Source of the DNA: Rhodosorus marinus CCMP1338 | Lineage: Eukaryota; Plantae; Rhodophyta | Assembly (NCBI GenBank): GCA_029953675.1 | Contig: JAMWBK010000007.1 | Coordinates: 1,922,001-1,986,000 of the forward strand | DNA: 64,000 bases | Direction: 5' to 3' | Part shown: in pieces, positions 23,579-36,009 of the stretch | Numbering within the stretch: position 1 is the first letter of the stretch | How the letters are laid out: each line of letters starts with the position of its first letter | Program-made: the position numbers and the translations under genes | The notes under the pieces: generated by a model | What the model was told of the DNA's origin: nothing | What the model saw: the letters and a program-made list of their open reading frames with translations, nothing else | The model's database searches: none

Positions 23579-23663
23579 AGTGAGTCTTTCTCTCGTACTT
23601 TTTGGTACCAAAAGGTAGTGAGTCTTTCTCTGTTTTTTTTTTCCCTTTTGGTACCAAAAGGTA
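23579..23663. repeat. Two ~40-46-bp units, each carrying a GGTACC-centred palindrome
   Basis: AGTGAGTCTTTCTCT twice. TTTTGGTACCAAAA at 23600-23613 and CCTTTTGGTACCAAAAGG at 23644-23661. Confidence 0.8.
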
Positions 23664-25838
23664 CAAGAGAACACAAGAATTTTGCAAGGCGTTTTCGCTG
23701 TCCTTTTGGCTTTCGTGGGTTGCTTATCCGACAGAGCCTGAAACGATTGCACAAGAGATCATTGCTTCACGTCTATGAACTTTTGAGGGGAGTTCAGTTG
23801 CAACCATAACGCAGCCTATCACTGCAGGCAACTTCAGAAGACACAGCTAGACGAGGGCAACTTCCAAACCTGAGAGTTTTGACACAGCTAACGACCGAAA
23901 TCCAGATTTTTATTTAACGTAGAAAATAATTACATTTGAACAACACATCCAGTCACCCACCGGGAAACAAGATACTTACCAATTATAATCACTGTAATTC
24001 AATGTAGAAACTATCTAACCAATAATAACACTATTAATCAATAAGTTATTTATTTATTTGTGTTTAAGTTTATTTCAACCAATTAATATTCAATTAGAAA
24101 GCATCTTCCAATAGAAGATGCGATCTAATCTAATTATTCTCAGCTATATCCACTATCTACCAATCGTTGACAGATTTTTAGGAATCTTTCTCGTAAGAAC
24201 TTTTCCGCCAGCTTGGAGCCCGCCATCATTTTGTGAAACAGTCACCCCCTAGGAATTTCAGGAAAATACTTTTGACTAATTCCTATTCACAGAAAATTCT
24301 CTTTCAGAATAGGAAAAACCAGGCTGGCACCTCTCCGCAAACCCCCCGTTTGGTAACAGCATAAATGGATCCTGTGATCCCTCATATTTCATATTTTCGT
24401 ACTTTTTGGAATTTCCGAACTGCTCTGTTCACGAACAAGCTTCGATCTCAAAAAATATGGGACGAATTGTAATGGGCTGGGAAAAAAAAAATTAAAACTA
24501 AAAGACGTACCGGCTGAGGGTCGTTTGATTACACTTTCTAGATTCGACATCGAACTTCCACGCTCAGGATTTTTGAGACTGAAGACGGCTCCAACGTGAA
24601 TATCTTCTCCAAGGAAAAATCTATAATATGATTGGTAGAAGACCAAACATATAATCCAATGGTTTATGTCCAAGTATATCGTCTTTTGGATAATTATATA
24701 GATTCCTATAATTGGCTAACCGGGCTTGAATGTAACCACAAAGTCATGAAAATTTGGACGATGTTTTTGAGATGGGCAAGATATACCCACTATTGTCAGT
24801 ATTATTGGTTAAGACGTTGAAATATCTAATTTGGAAGCTAGAGATTGGTATTTATCTAACCTCCATGGAACTTACTGAAAAATTTCATATTCCCTGGAAA
24901 ATCAGCTAGAAAACTCATTTTTCGAATATTCCGATACGATCACCCGGATGTTCTCGCTAGAAGCACCGAGTACTCAAAATGTACCCCCCTCAAAACCAAC
25001 AAATACACCAAAATTCGGTGAACTCCTTTCACAACCTGCAACCACCTCATCAGGATTAACGAACGGGCATGTTTATGCCCCCCCCCCAAAAAAAATTTCA
25101 ACCACCGTTGTTTATACGTCACCTCGTGTGCTCCTTACAATTCAACCATATAATAAAATATGAGAATTATTTTAAGTATAAATTTAAGTATTTTAGAATA
25201 TGAAATCCATTTGCTTATGACAGTTATACGATTTCCGCCTTACTACATTCACATGCATACGTCAGTAGGGGGTGACAGAATGCAATTCGGACTTTTATCG
25301 CCAATCCAAGAAGGGGGGTACGGGAAAATGTCAGCAAGGAAAAGTTAAAACCAACCCTGGATGGTGTTGTAAATATCAATGATATCTTTTGACTCTAATT
25401 TTTTTTGTACACAAGTACGACCCCCCCCCTCGAAACGATGAATCAATGGGCAACACAAAATATACTGTAATATTAACTATTACCTTTATCAGGAAAGATG
25501 GAATTGAAAAATAATGAATAATTCTGATTATTTTGAGAATCAATTATGTAGGTACCGTTTATACTTTCTAATTAAGGAGGTGAGATCATGCGGCAAGGGG
25601 TGGAATAGTTCGACAAATGCATTCGTCTTGAAAAGCCCAGCGAAGAGCAGCCGTGCAAGATGAGAAGACGACCAGAAATTATATGAAGCGTTGGAGAGGA
25701 GGGCTAGATAGCTTGGGCGGGGGATATTCGCCGGGGTGGGACATTACTTCCCTGTTTGGAGTCTAACGTTTGGAGTTGGATATCTGGGATAAGGTATATG
25801 AAGATTTTACGAGGCTGCAGTTTGCGTATGGCGGAGCG

Positions 25839-26885
25839 ATGTCAGGTAACGCGGCGCGTGCTATGCTGAACGTCCGTGCGGGTGTGAAGAGCACGAACGA
25901 GGGGGAGAGCCGGACGAGTGAAAAAGAAATGGGGGTGACGAAGATGCAGAGACTTCCTGAGTCTCCTGCTTTGTCCACTGCACAGGCAATGGCTTTGACC
26001 TGCGGAAGGACTTATCGGAAGGCGATCAAGGGAATATTCGACAACAGGGAGCTCGTCTTGAATGAGGTTGTCGATGGCGAGCTCGTTCAGGGCACGTTCA
26101 AAGGACTATCAAGCGAGGTTCTTAGCCAAAAAATCTTGAGCTCAGTAAGGGCTGTTTATGGTATGGGCCTGATGGGAGATGGTGAAGCGGTAAATTATGA
26201 AGAATTGAGGACGTCACCAGAATTCCAGGCATTTCAGGCAGATGTGCAGATGCTGTGGGGGGTGGATCCGATGGAAATGGACGTCCGTGCGAGAAAAGCA
26301 TTCTTTCTTAATATTTATAACGCTCTGGTCATTCACGGAATCATTGTTGGGGGCAAGCCGGAAACAGCAACCGAAAGGATGCATTTCTACAGCAGGACAG
26401 CTTATGCAATTGGTGGACGCGTATACACACTGAACGACATTGAGCATGGGGTTCTCCGAAGCAACCGAATGTCATGGCAGCCTATACCAGTGAAGCCTTT
26501 CTCCGAGTATGACACGAGGTTGAAATGCGCTGTACCGTTGGACCCAAGAGTTCACTTTGCCTTGAACTGCGGCGCCAAGGGTTGCCCAAACCTTCGATTC
26601 TATGAATCGGAGAATTTGGATGAGGCCTTGGACCTTGCCACGAGGGCGTTCCTTAGAGACGTGTATATTGATGAAGCTCAAGGGATGGTGGTGATTTCTA
26701 GTATTTTCTCCTGGTATCTAGGGGACTTTGCTGCCGATCACCAGGAGCTGCTTCGATGGATTTTTCCGTTCTTAACCGCCGAAAATCAGCGGCGGTTGTC
26801 GGCCTTGAGCGAATTCATGGCCAAGAACGGTTATGGAGAAGTCATTGTGGGCTTTGGCACTTACGACTGGAGCGTGAATGAATAG
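25839..26885 (+). CDS. DUF547 domain protein
   Basis: KAFFLNIYNALVIHG, YAIGGRVYTLNDIEHGVLRSN, DPRVHFALNCGAKGCP, ISSIFSWYLGDF. The ORF is open from 25770 and the true start is uncertain. Confidence 0.88.
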   Translation: MSGNAARAMLNVRAGVKSTNEGESRTSEKEMGVTKMQRLPESPALSTAQAMALTCGRTYRKAIKGIFDNRELVLNEVVDGELVQGTFKGLSSEVLSQKILSSVRAVYGMGLMGDGEAVNYEELRTSPEFQAFQADVQMLWGVDPMEMDVRARKAFFLNIYNALVIHGIIVGGKPETATERMHFYSRTAYAIGGRVYTLNDIEHGVLRSNRMSWQPIPVKPFSEYDTRLKCAVPLDPRVHFALNCGAKGCPNLRFYESENLDEALDLATRAFLRDVYIDEAQGMVVISSIFSWYLGDFAADHQELLRWIFPFLTAENQRRLSALSEFMAKNGYGEVIVGFGTYDWSVNE

Positions 26886-27902
26886 GTTGTTTCCAAGACG
26901 GTGACATGCAGACCAAAACCTTATGTACAGAAAATTGCATAACATTTATTCCCAGAAACCTGTGGGAACGGTGCTTGACCGTCCGGAAAGAAAGTGGCCG
27001 AGCCCACTTCGCGTACTGGTGGATTAACTTCAAGACTGACATTGAGCACGTGTGTGAATATAGCGAACTTTAACATAGGACTAACTACCGAAACGTTATG
27101 AGCGACAATTAAGTCTTTTTCATCAATACTAGTCTTTTTCAATTAATAAATCGAAAAGTAGCAAGACCACACTGACAAGCGAACCAACGAGGGAAGCATT
27201 CTTTCCGTCCGATTCTCCATTCAACGCTGAGAGAAAGCGGAGTAGATGAAATCAACTGTCATACTCCTTGGCACTGCTTCGAACAAAACGTCCGCATCGA
27301 GACTCAAGAGCAGAAATCAGTCAGTCAGCCACTTCACACACGGGCTGGGTGTCCCAATCACAATCGCCGGGTCCTCCGCGGTGATAAAACAGATACTACA
27401 GGACAGATATCGAACGTCCTACAGCACTAAATCACTTCATTGAACTCACCGTCGATCAGCTCTCACCCTCCCGTTGTCGCATCCATCAACAAACCTCAAT
27501 CAGCGTTATCAATCGATTTTAAAAAGATTGACTTATGAGGTAAGGGCTTTGCACGTCAGGATGGATGACATCGATGGGGGAGAAGAAGGCCAAGTGATGT
27601 GGAGGTAGGAGGAGGGGGGAAAGCTCCATGATATCTACTTTCAATATTCCTGGAGAAAGTTTATGTCTTTTGAAGGTCCTGTATTTGAAAAGACAGGGAG
27701 AGGGGGATGGGTAGATGCGAGTCTTGGGGTGATCTGGAGATCATGAAGAGTGACCAGTGAGTGTGGGTTTTCGGGTATAAGAAGGGGTTTTTGTTGGTTG
27801 GGAAGGGGTTGGGGAGGGTTGGAGGAGGAACGGATTTTTTGGATGTTATAATGATGATGTTTAGTTGTTAGATAGTTGCGTAGGCTAGGATTTATTTTGA
27901 AG

Positions 27903-30574
27903 ATGAGTGCGGATGTATCTTCTCTGGGGAGGCTTGGAGATGATGGGGAATCTTCGAGAAGATTTAGCGTGGGTCGCCAGAGGCTGAGTACTGGATCGAG
28001 TAGGTCTTCATGGGCTGTACAGAAGTTGAGGGGTATTGTTGATGCTCCTCCGTTAACGACGTATCCCGCACTGCTCGAGGGGCTTCAGGAGCTTTCAGAG
28101 TTTTACGAGGAAAACACAAGAGAGGTGGGTTTCTTGCAGCTTGGTAATAGTTGATTGTTCTCAAAACTCCTCTGGGTTAAATGCTTTTCGTCATCACCGC
28201 TTTTCTTGTCAATGAGCAGAATCGAAGACAATTGAGATGTGAAATGGAGAGTCGCACACTGAAGAGTTGTGAGCAGGTCTTGACATCCTTTGCAGGTGTT
28301 CAAGCAATCTTGTCCTCTGTTCAGGGAGATGTGAAGCGGATGAGGGAAAACGTGAACCACATATCTAATCGGCTCTCCACAGCAAGATTGGGAGCTAGCG
28401 AGGTTGTCGAACAAACTGGCGATCTTCGGAAGAAACTGTCCAACGCTGAGAAGAGAGCTCAAGTTGCAACTCTGTTCTTTAAACGTTTCCTTCTGAGTCG
28501 ATCGGAGGAGGCTATACTCGAATCCGCAGAAATTTCCGAGGAGTTCCTGGAGACCTTGAACAAGCTTGAGCGGATTCACGTGGAATCTAAGAGCCTGCTT
28601 AGATGCAGAAATCAGAGAGCTGGGCTAGAAGTACGTCTGCCCCTCTTGTACTAGCGTTGTTCCTGTTTGGGAGCTTATGGTAGCACGTTTGACATTTCTG
28701 ACACCGTTTTATCAACTTTTAGGTTGTCGAAATGGCAGCCGCAAAACGCGAGGACGCTTACGAAAGAGTGTATAGGTTTGTCCAGTCTAGATGCGGAGCA
28801 CTGGACGTCGAATCAGCTGAGGATGAAGCGGAATCCAAGCTTCTGAGGGAGACCATTCATACCCTAAAGGCCAGGCCAATACTCCTCGGATATTGTGCGG
28901 ATGAAGTTGGTGCAGCGCGGCGGGCTATTCTAGTGGAAAGATTTGTTGCAGCTCTAACGAGAGGGGGTCCGGGCGGCGTCCCGAGGCCAATTGAGGTTGG
29001 TTCACAATGAACATGGCCCGCTTGCCAGATGCAGGATTCTAGCTAGGCGAATTTGTGAACAAAGCTGTTGCACTTAGGTTTTTCCGCAATGTGCTTCAAA
29101 CTGATCCTCGTAGTCACGGATTCTATCCCGCTAGATGCATGCCCACGACGCGATGAGATATACAAACGACATGCTGGCTTGGATACACCAAGCCCTTGCG
29201 TCCGAAAGGGAGTTGATATTGAAGCTGTTCTCCAACGTCAACGAATCTGAGGCACCAGTAAGGGAGGATGGGGAGGAAACAGCGCTCAAGGTTCTGAACA
29301 CGATCTTCGATGCTCTGTGCCGTCCGTTCCGCGTCCGCTTTGAACAGGGGCTCGATCCACAACCTCCAGTGGTCACCCTCTACAAGCTCGCAAGCTTGCT
29401 TGAGTTTTACGCTCACACAATGATGAAACTGTTGGGAGACGATTCTGGACTGCCCAATACTCTTTTGGAATGCAACTCTCTCGCGATGTACGCGTTCTTC
29501 AGCTCATGGAGGAGCAGGCTGGAATCATTCCAGTCCGCCAAGCCCGTGCCTTCTGAGGATCTTTCACCTCCCATTGCTGTGCGACAGTCCATGTCGAGAG
29601 TGAAGGAGATCTCTCTCACCCTCGATGGATCTCTTTCGCCGGCAGAGGCGCGACAGGAACAGATTGTTGCTATTCTAGAGGTTATTCTGAACCCACTCAT
29701 CACGCTGTGCGCGAGAATGGCCACGAAGCACCTGGATTCGGTCGAAAGGGAGATTTTCATGGCCAACTGTATTGATACGATGAGGTGCGGGCACTGCTGA
29801 CGTGGATTTCTTTATGCAGAGGCAACAACTGGACTAACCAATTCGTCGCCTGTAAAGCGTAGGGTGCCCCTGGTGTCGTTTTCGTTCGCAGCCAGCAGGG
29901 CGGAAAGCCTTATGGCCGATGCCGATGCACACATTGATCGATACATTGAGTTGTCCACCGCTTCAGTATTGAAATCGTTTGGTCTTTACGAGATATCCGA
30001 AGCGATGAAGTTTGCGCAACCAGGGATAGCGTTGTCGCGCGTTCCGGGCCTGGACAGTCAGACATTAGCAGTCAGTCTGAACAATTTTTATGGTGTACTA
30101 TTCGAGAGAGGGCAGAAGTCCCTGGCAAATCCTGAAAGGCTTCGCCCGCCCAAGGTGAGAGAAGCGCGCCCCCAACAGCCGAGTCGCTTGGTTTATGGTT
30201 CCCCCGTCCCCTTGGCCCCGGGCATGGGAAGCTCGCCAACTCACGTTGGCACATTCGCGCAGAGTGCGGTCTGTCAAGAGATGATCTGGTGGACTCCATG
30301 AGCGAACTTTGAGTATGGTATTGTTTTGATCTGACAGAAGCTTGCCTGTGCTGTTTGGATGCAGATCGAGAGGATAAGCAATTCGAGAATGCGTCTGCGG
30401 ATAAACAGAGCGGTCCTTCAGGCTCTCACAGACTTGTATGCGAAGATATACAAGGCCATGCAGGACCCGGAGAACGAGTACAAAGTGGATCAAGCAGGAG
30501 TATTGAATCCATGGGACCCCCAAAAGGTGTCTCTTGTTCTTTCGGGACATTTTGATTTGCCAAACGACGTGTAG
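27903..30574 (+). CDS. COG6: Conserved oligomeric Golgi complex subunit 6 (multi-exon)
   Basis: LQELSEFYEENT, FLLSRSEEAIL, FVAALTRGGPGGVPRPIE, DAMRYTNDMLAWIHQALASERE, LCRPFRVRFEQ, LYAKIYKAMQDPENEY. Confidence 0.9.
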
Positions 30575-30781
30575 GAAGAGCATGTCTAGGTCGCAATGCA
30601 CATAGCAACCATGTAACACGTAAACCTAAATGAGCATCCAAGCGAAGGGTAGCAGACGGCGCCGATGCACACGTACAACAGCAGTCCTTAACAAAGTTTA
30701 CCATAGAAATTGTGCGCAAAGAAAGCATACTGCGCAGCAAATAGTTGAATGTATACAGGGGCCGACGAACAGCTGTAGGTG

Positions 30782-32868
30782 TTAGAGCAGTTGGGCGTTG
30801 GCCTTCTCAGCTTCTTGGAGAGAGAGGCTCAACCTTGAGTCGACCATCAGTCGCCCTTGGGCGTTCGAGATCCAATCCTGAAGTAGTTCCTTAGGAAGCC
30901 CATCCAGACGTTCAAGCTCTGAAAGTGCAACTTCGAGGTTGCCAGTGTCTAGAGCATCTCCCGCACGGCCCAGTACGGAGTTTGGACCATTATCACCTGG
31001 TACATGCGATCTCACCTGATCGAAGAACAGGCGAAACGAAACTGGAAAATGTCAGCGGATCTAGATAGGTCTCGGTCTTCTCTTCTTTTTCGCGGAAATT
31101 TTCGGACCTTAAACTTGGACAGTGTTTTTGCTACAATCCACGACAGCGTAGTTAGCTCCCGACCTTCCGGAATCATGGCTGCCGCAAGCGATTCCTTAGC
31201 GGCTCGTTTGTACTGATTCTGTAGCTCAGCGAGGGATGGAATTCCCTTCTCCTCAAATCTGCCGTTGGCGAGCTCAGGATTCTTGCTGGCATTCTGCATG
31301 GCTTGACCTCCCTCAACAATATGAAACATTTCTTGGGACTTAAATACGCTGTCCGCGCCAGCCGCGCTAGCCTCTTCATACTCTCCAAGGTGAACGGCGG
31401 CTTCCGTCAGCACCTCCGCACGCTCCTGAAGTGACTTGAAAAGGTCCATTCTCTTCTGGTGATCTTCCTCACGTATTCTCTGATCTTCAGCCCGAAGGGA
31501 ACAGACTCGATCCCTCCACTGAGCGCGAAGCTTTCTCTTATGCCCTTGAATCCCCTCCTCAACCTGGCGCTCAGTCATCGACACCAAGCCGGCCTCACCT
31601 TCAGCAATCCTAGCCCGAATTTCCTCCTCAATCTCAGCCTCCAACTTGGCACGTGATTCAGCAGCCTTCCTCTCAAGCTCTTTCTTCACTGCCTCAACCG
31701 CCTTGAGAGCCTCACTCGCAATCTTCTTCCTTTCTTCCATCTCTGCAGCCCTCAGCAACTCCTAAGTAGAACGAGATGGTAAACGAGAAGCGTTTAGAAA
31801 GAAGCGGATTCTCCACGATGAATGGTCTTGACAAATCCAAACCTCCAATCTAACTGCTTCCCACTTCGATCGGCTCTGAAGCTCGTATCGAAGCTGAGTA
31901 ATCGATTCTTCAAAGCTTTCCAATTCCATCTTCAGGGCATTGGTCTCAGCCTCTTGGTCAGCAGTGCTAATCACTGCGCCGTCACCAACGGGACTCTGTA
32001 CATCCGGCGATGGCGGAATGCTACTCGATTTGCTGTCTTTTCCGTTCGTAGATGAACTGAAGTTGGCCAACAGGCCTTTCCACGCGTCTCGCAGACGTGT
32101 AGAAAGCGCTAAGGGCGCCTCAGTCTTCTGATCAGGTGCTGAAGGTTTCGAGGTGGATCCGTCCGGATCTGAGGACGAATCTGAGGAAGAATCCGAGGAA
32201 TTTCTGCTGTTCCCTTCGGGTTTCGGACTCCACCTCTCAACTTGGTTAGCTTCAACGGTCTCGGACCCCTGTGTTGGCGTATAGGTCACACCCTCATGGC
32301 TCCTGGATCCCTCTTCTTCGGAGTTCGAAGGGTTTGATGATCCAGTAGCCGTCTTTCTACCAGTTTCATGCTGGGAGTCTCCAGATCGTGAGTTTCCGAA
32401 AGTGAAGGAGGACTGGATCTTCGACCAGATCGAGTCCGAAGGCTTCGAATCGGAACCTCCCGGTGAACCACTTGGAGATGATGCTCCACCTAGGATTAGA
32501 TCCAACCTCATAAAAGTTAACGAAGACGTGCAATAATCATCATCCAGCGTTGTTTTTTCTTCAGAACCATCACATACCTAAATCCTCATCCGCTCCACTG
32601 GATACATATCGAGCATACTCTCTGAATCCAGGTATAGCCTTCTCCACCCTATCTCGGAAACCTTGAGCAGTTAAGAAGTAACCTAAACTCAGCGAAAAGC
32701 TACAAAGGGAATCCTAACGCATCTGATGACTGGCGCTTTCTCTCCCCTACCGGAGTCTCTGTTATAAACCGCGTAGAAAAGTAGGGCTGGTAACGGTATA
32801 CTCAGGAGCGCAACAGGCCACCTGCTTCTCTTCACTGGCGGTAATGCGTTCTTACTTGCGTCCGACAT
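30782..32868 (-). CDS. MIC60: MICOS subunit MIC60/mitofilin (multi-exon)
   Basis: N-terminal transmembrane segment, then GFRDRVEKAIPGF (spliced in phase), a Ser-rich linker and coiled coil. Mitofilin C-terminus SVLGRAGDALDTGNLEVALSELERLDG...DWISNAQGRLMVD. Confidence 0.8.
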
Positions 32869-32929
32869 AGTCCTTTAGGTTTTTAGAATTCTCTCTCCAA
32901 GTACCCTTCGATTCTGAAAACGAAAACTA

Positions 32930-33550
32930 GGATTCTTCTTCGGATCCTCATCGATCCACAAACGATCCTCATTCGTCTTCTTCAGTAGGAGATATTGAAC
33001 AGCTTGTCTGCACACACATGAGCGGGCTGGTTGAGGGTGAAGGCTCCTAAGCACTGTTCATAAAAGTTAACAGATCGGATAGGCTGGTCCTAAGATCAGT
33101 AGTTTGATCAGGAGTGCACTCAGTTCATCCTCCAGTGAGGATGCCCAAATGCGTGAACTGGTGTCGTTGTGAAGAGGATGGGGAAGGAATCGATCGGGAC
33201 TGTTGCTCCTGAGCACATTGCCTGAGGATTGAGAAAATCTTTCTTCTACCCATCCTTATCGATTCTCAGCGATCCTCAGTGATTCTCAGCAGTCTTGTTC
33301 GGCTGAAGATATCAACAGCCTGTCTTCACTCAAATATGAGAGGGAGCTGATGCGGAGGTGGTGAAAATTGTTCCCGATCGAGAACGGTTCCCTCGCGTAA
33401 CCGTTCCTCAGGATTTGGACATCTTTCTTCTAACGATCCTCAGCGATACCTCATCCGTCTTTCCTCAGTAGGAAAACATCAACAATCACATTGAAGGAGA
33501 GCATCGGTAAGGAAGCGGCGAAAACCGTGGATGAGGAATGGTTACTCCTA
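32930..33550. repeat. Degenerate duplication (~480-bp period) with an internal 10-bp GAT(T/C)CTCAG repeat
   Basis: CGATCCTCATTCGTCTTCTTCAGTAGGA (32963) vs CGATACCTCATCCGTCTTTCCTCAGTAGGA (33444). The 10-mer occurs three times at 33261-33290. Confidence 0.55.
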
Positions 33551-33801
33551 AGCACTTAAGCCTGGAGGATTAATAGAAGACGAAGCACTAGTTTCTTCAA
33601 AATCGGATTAGATTGAACTCCGATAATCTACATCACGAACCTTTTACTCGTCGTCTCGTCAGGGGCGATAAGAAGTGAGATCAGACTTCGCGCCGTCGAC
33701 TACGAATCCAGACAAAGTCCTGTTCCTCTCTTGGAGGCCGTTTTACTTAAGAGTCTACTGCTCTTCAAATGAGCCGAAGAAATCTGTTCTATGTTTGATG
33801 T

Positions 33802-34551
33802 CTAGTCAAGCTTGGATAACCACTCATCAACTCTCGCCTTGTTCTTTCCCACATCTGATTGACCGAAGATTGAAGTGCTGAATATGGCCAGAGTCGATTT
33901 GCCCTGTCCGCTCGGGAGAAACTGGACGGAGATCACGTCTGGATACTTCATGAGCGGAGTTGTCTGAACAAACGCGTAGGTGAGGTTATCATCGTCCCCA
34001 GAGAGGAAGCCTGTTGATGGCTGGCTCTTCACCATTGTGAAAAACTTGTTTCGGAGATCAACTGGTGAACAATCGAATACTTTCGCAGCCATTCTTGGAG
34101 GTGGAGAGCAGTTGGTGAAACCCTCCGGCGCTACGAGATCAGTGTTCTTGTCCTTTCGAGTTTCCATGGCGCTGATGTCTACTCTTCGGTCCTTGTTGAC
34201 AACGAAGGGTAAAAATGCAAGACCAAGCCAGACTGCGTAGTACCCAATTGGATTGACAAAGCCAGAGAACTTGCTCAGGCCCAGTGGACCAAGTCCGACT
34301 TTCAGCGTGCCGAAGACACCCACGGCAATGGCCAAGTCCCTCAGCGCGTTCATCTGATGAGACGTCGGGAGTGCAACCAGATCCGGCGACGACCCAGTCT
34401 CGATTGCAGTATCTGCATTGCCGCCATCGTCGGCTGCCATACGAATCGTCTTCACATACTGCACCTTCCTCTTACAAACTGACCCAGATAAGCCGGCACC
34501 CCGAATACTCAAAACCCGTCCACCGGACGCGATAAAACCCAGCTCTACCAT
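33802..34551 (-). CDS. Plastid-targeted DUF1499-family membrane protein
   Basis: Transit peptide, two transmembrane helices, then QTTPLMKYPDVISVQF...STSIFGQSDVGKNKARVDEWL. Confidence 0.75.
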   Translation of the reverse strand: MVELGFIASGGRVLSIRGAGLSGSVCKRKVQYVKTIRMAADDGGNADTAIETGSSPDLVALPTSHQMNALRDLAIAVGVFGTLKVGLGPLGLSKFSGFVNPIGYYAVWLGLAFLPFVVNKDRRVDISAMETRKDKNTDLVAPEGFTNCSPPPRMAAKVFDCSPVDLRNKFFTMVKSQPSTGFLSGDDDNLTYAFVQTTPLMKYPDVISVQFLPSGQGKSTLAIFSTSIFGQSDVGKNKARVDEWLSKLD

Positions 34552-36009
34552 CTCTTCTCCCTAGCTCCAGGTACTAACAGCAGATCCGTTGCAAGGTCTA
34601 CAGGTCTACACTCACCCGAACCTTCCTCACCAGCCTCCCCACCAGCAACTTTCTGACTTTAAGTCGGAGCTCAGAAAGCGATCTCCTTCACCCGCATTCG
34701 GGCGGATGGTTCTTAACCCCAAGGGAGAAGGGCTGTCTATCAACTTGGTCGTGACCAAAAAATTGACTTGGGTGAATCCGTCTCTACAGCGGAACGCTCT
34801 CTCTTCATGCAGGGAATCGTCAACGAGAGTGAAAGGGTGATGTTAGCACCCTCTGTCTACAGGAAAAAAGGACGTGTTCCAAGGCAATATGTGCGATCCG
34901 CTAAGATATTCAAATACTCTTCAATCCTCTCGTACAGATCTACACCTTCCTGTTCACGCCAATACCACTCGAATACAGATCAAATCAGTTTGTTGAGGCC
35001 AACAATGCCCTGAGAAGCGCGGAAAGCTGACCAGCCACCTCGGACCAATCCCCAAGCGCGAGTGAATCCCGCAAATTTGGCCTTGCCCGTACACTGGACC
35101 TTCTCAGAGGCAACGGTAGGTTTTCGCTCTCGCAATAAAAGTCTAGATACAGAATTAGAAGCATAAGTTCCCTGTAATATCTAAAACGCTCAGCTATGCG
35201 CTGCTAGCTATCCAGGGAACTGACAAGAGCTGCCAAACTCTTCCTACTACTCCTTTCTTCCCTAGCCACAGATCACTTCAGTTGGGATCGGCCGATCCTC
35301 GACTGTCAGAAGTTGATACTAAAACAACCATTATTCATAATATATTCAATCTTTATATAAAGTATTCATTAATAAATGAATCTTTTCAATCAATATATTC
35401 GTAATATATCGTATTATTAATATATTTTATTTGTATTAAAAAAATAAAAAGGGAATCTAGTCTTTTTGAGGAGGAAAGTGTCCAATTGTTGTATGGAAAT
35501 TATAATGAAGTTCTGAAATAATTTGGAGTTGAGTGGGGGGGATTAACTTTTGATCTACTACTCTGATCGGGATGTGATTGGGGGCAATACGACACTGTTG
35601 GTGCTTCTTGGAGTCGAGCCAAACTACGCTGAGGAGCGTGGGAAACGTTCTGAACTGAAAGAACAAGCGAGAGTGAGCTGATAGAGAGCTGTGACGTCGA
35701 CAACAGCCCCAGCTTTACGTCCCGGTTTGCGCTTTTGTGTGACTATTGGTATGTCCAAATTCTCCTGTTGGTGTGTGCTACCGACCTCTCTTAGTCAGCT
35801 TCGAGTAGTTTGACAGCGGAGTCAGTAGATCTTTTCAAAACCACTCAAGAGCTAATATACGAAGCTAGATAGAGAAGCTCTTCGCTGCGCTTCTTACGGA
35901 AACTAGATCAACCCAGTCCGGTACTCTCGGTCGAATGTGTTCTGCCACAGTTCTCGAGTCGCCATGTGTTATCCCGAGCAAATCTACGTCTATCTTGGCT
36001 GACTTGTCT

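Noticed and set aside
22600-23580. Upstream fused RNA triphosphatase domain
   Set aside because: No HCxxGxxR or ExExK motif could be read, and candidate exons did not splice in phase.
23972-23980. ATACTTACC resembling the U1 snRNA 5' end
   Set aside because: It is not followed by TGG or recognisable stem-loops. It is equally a reverse-strand splice-donor word.
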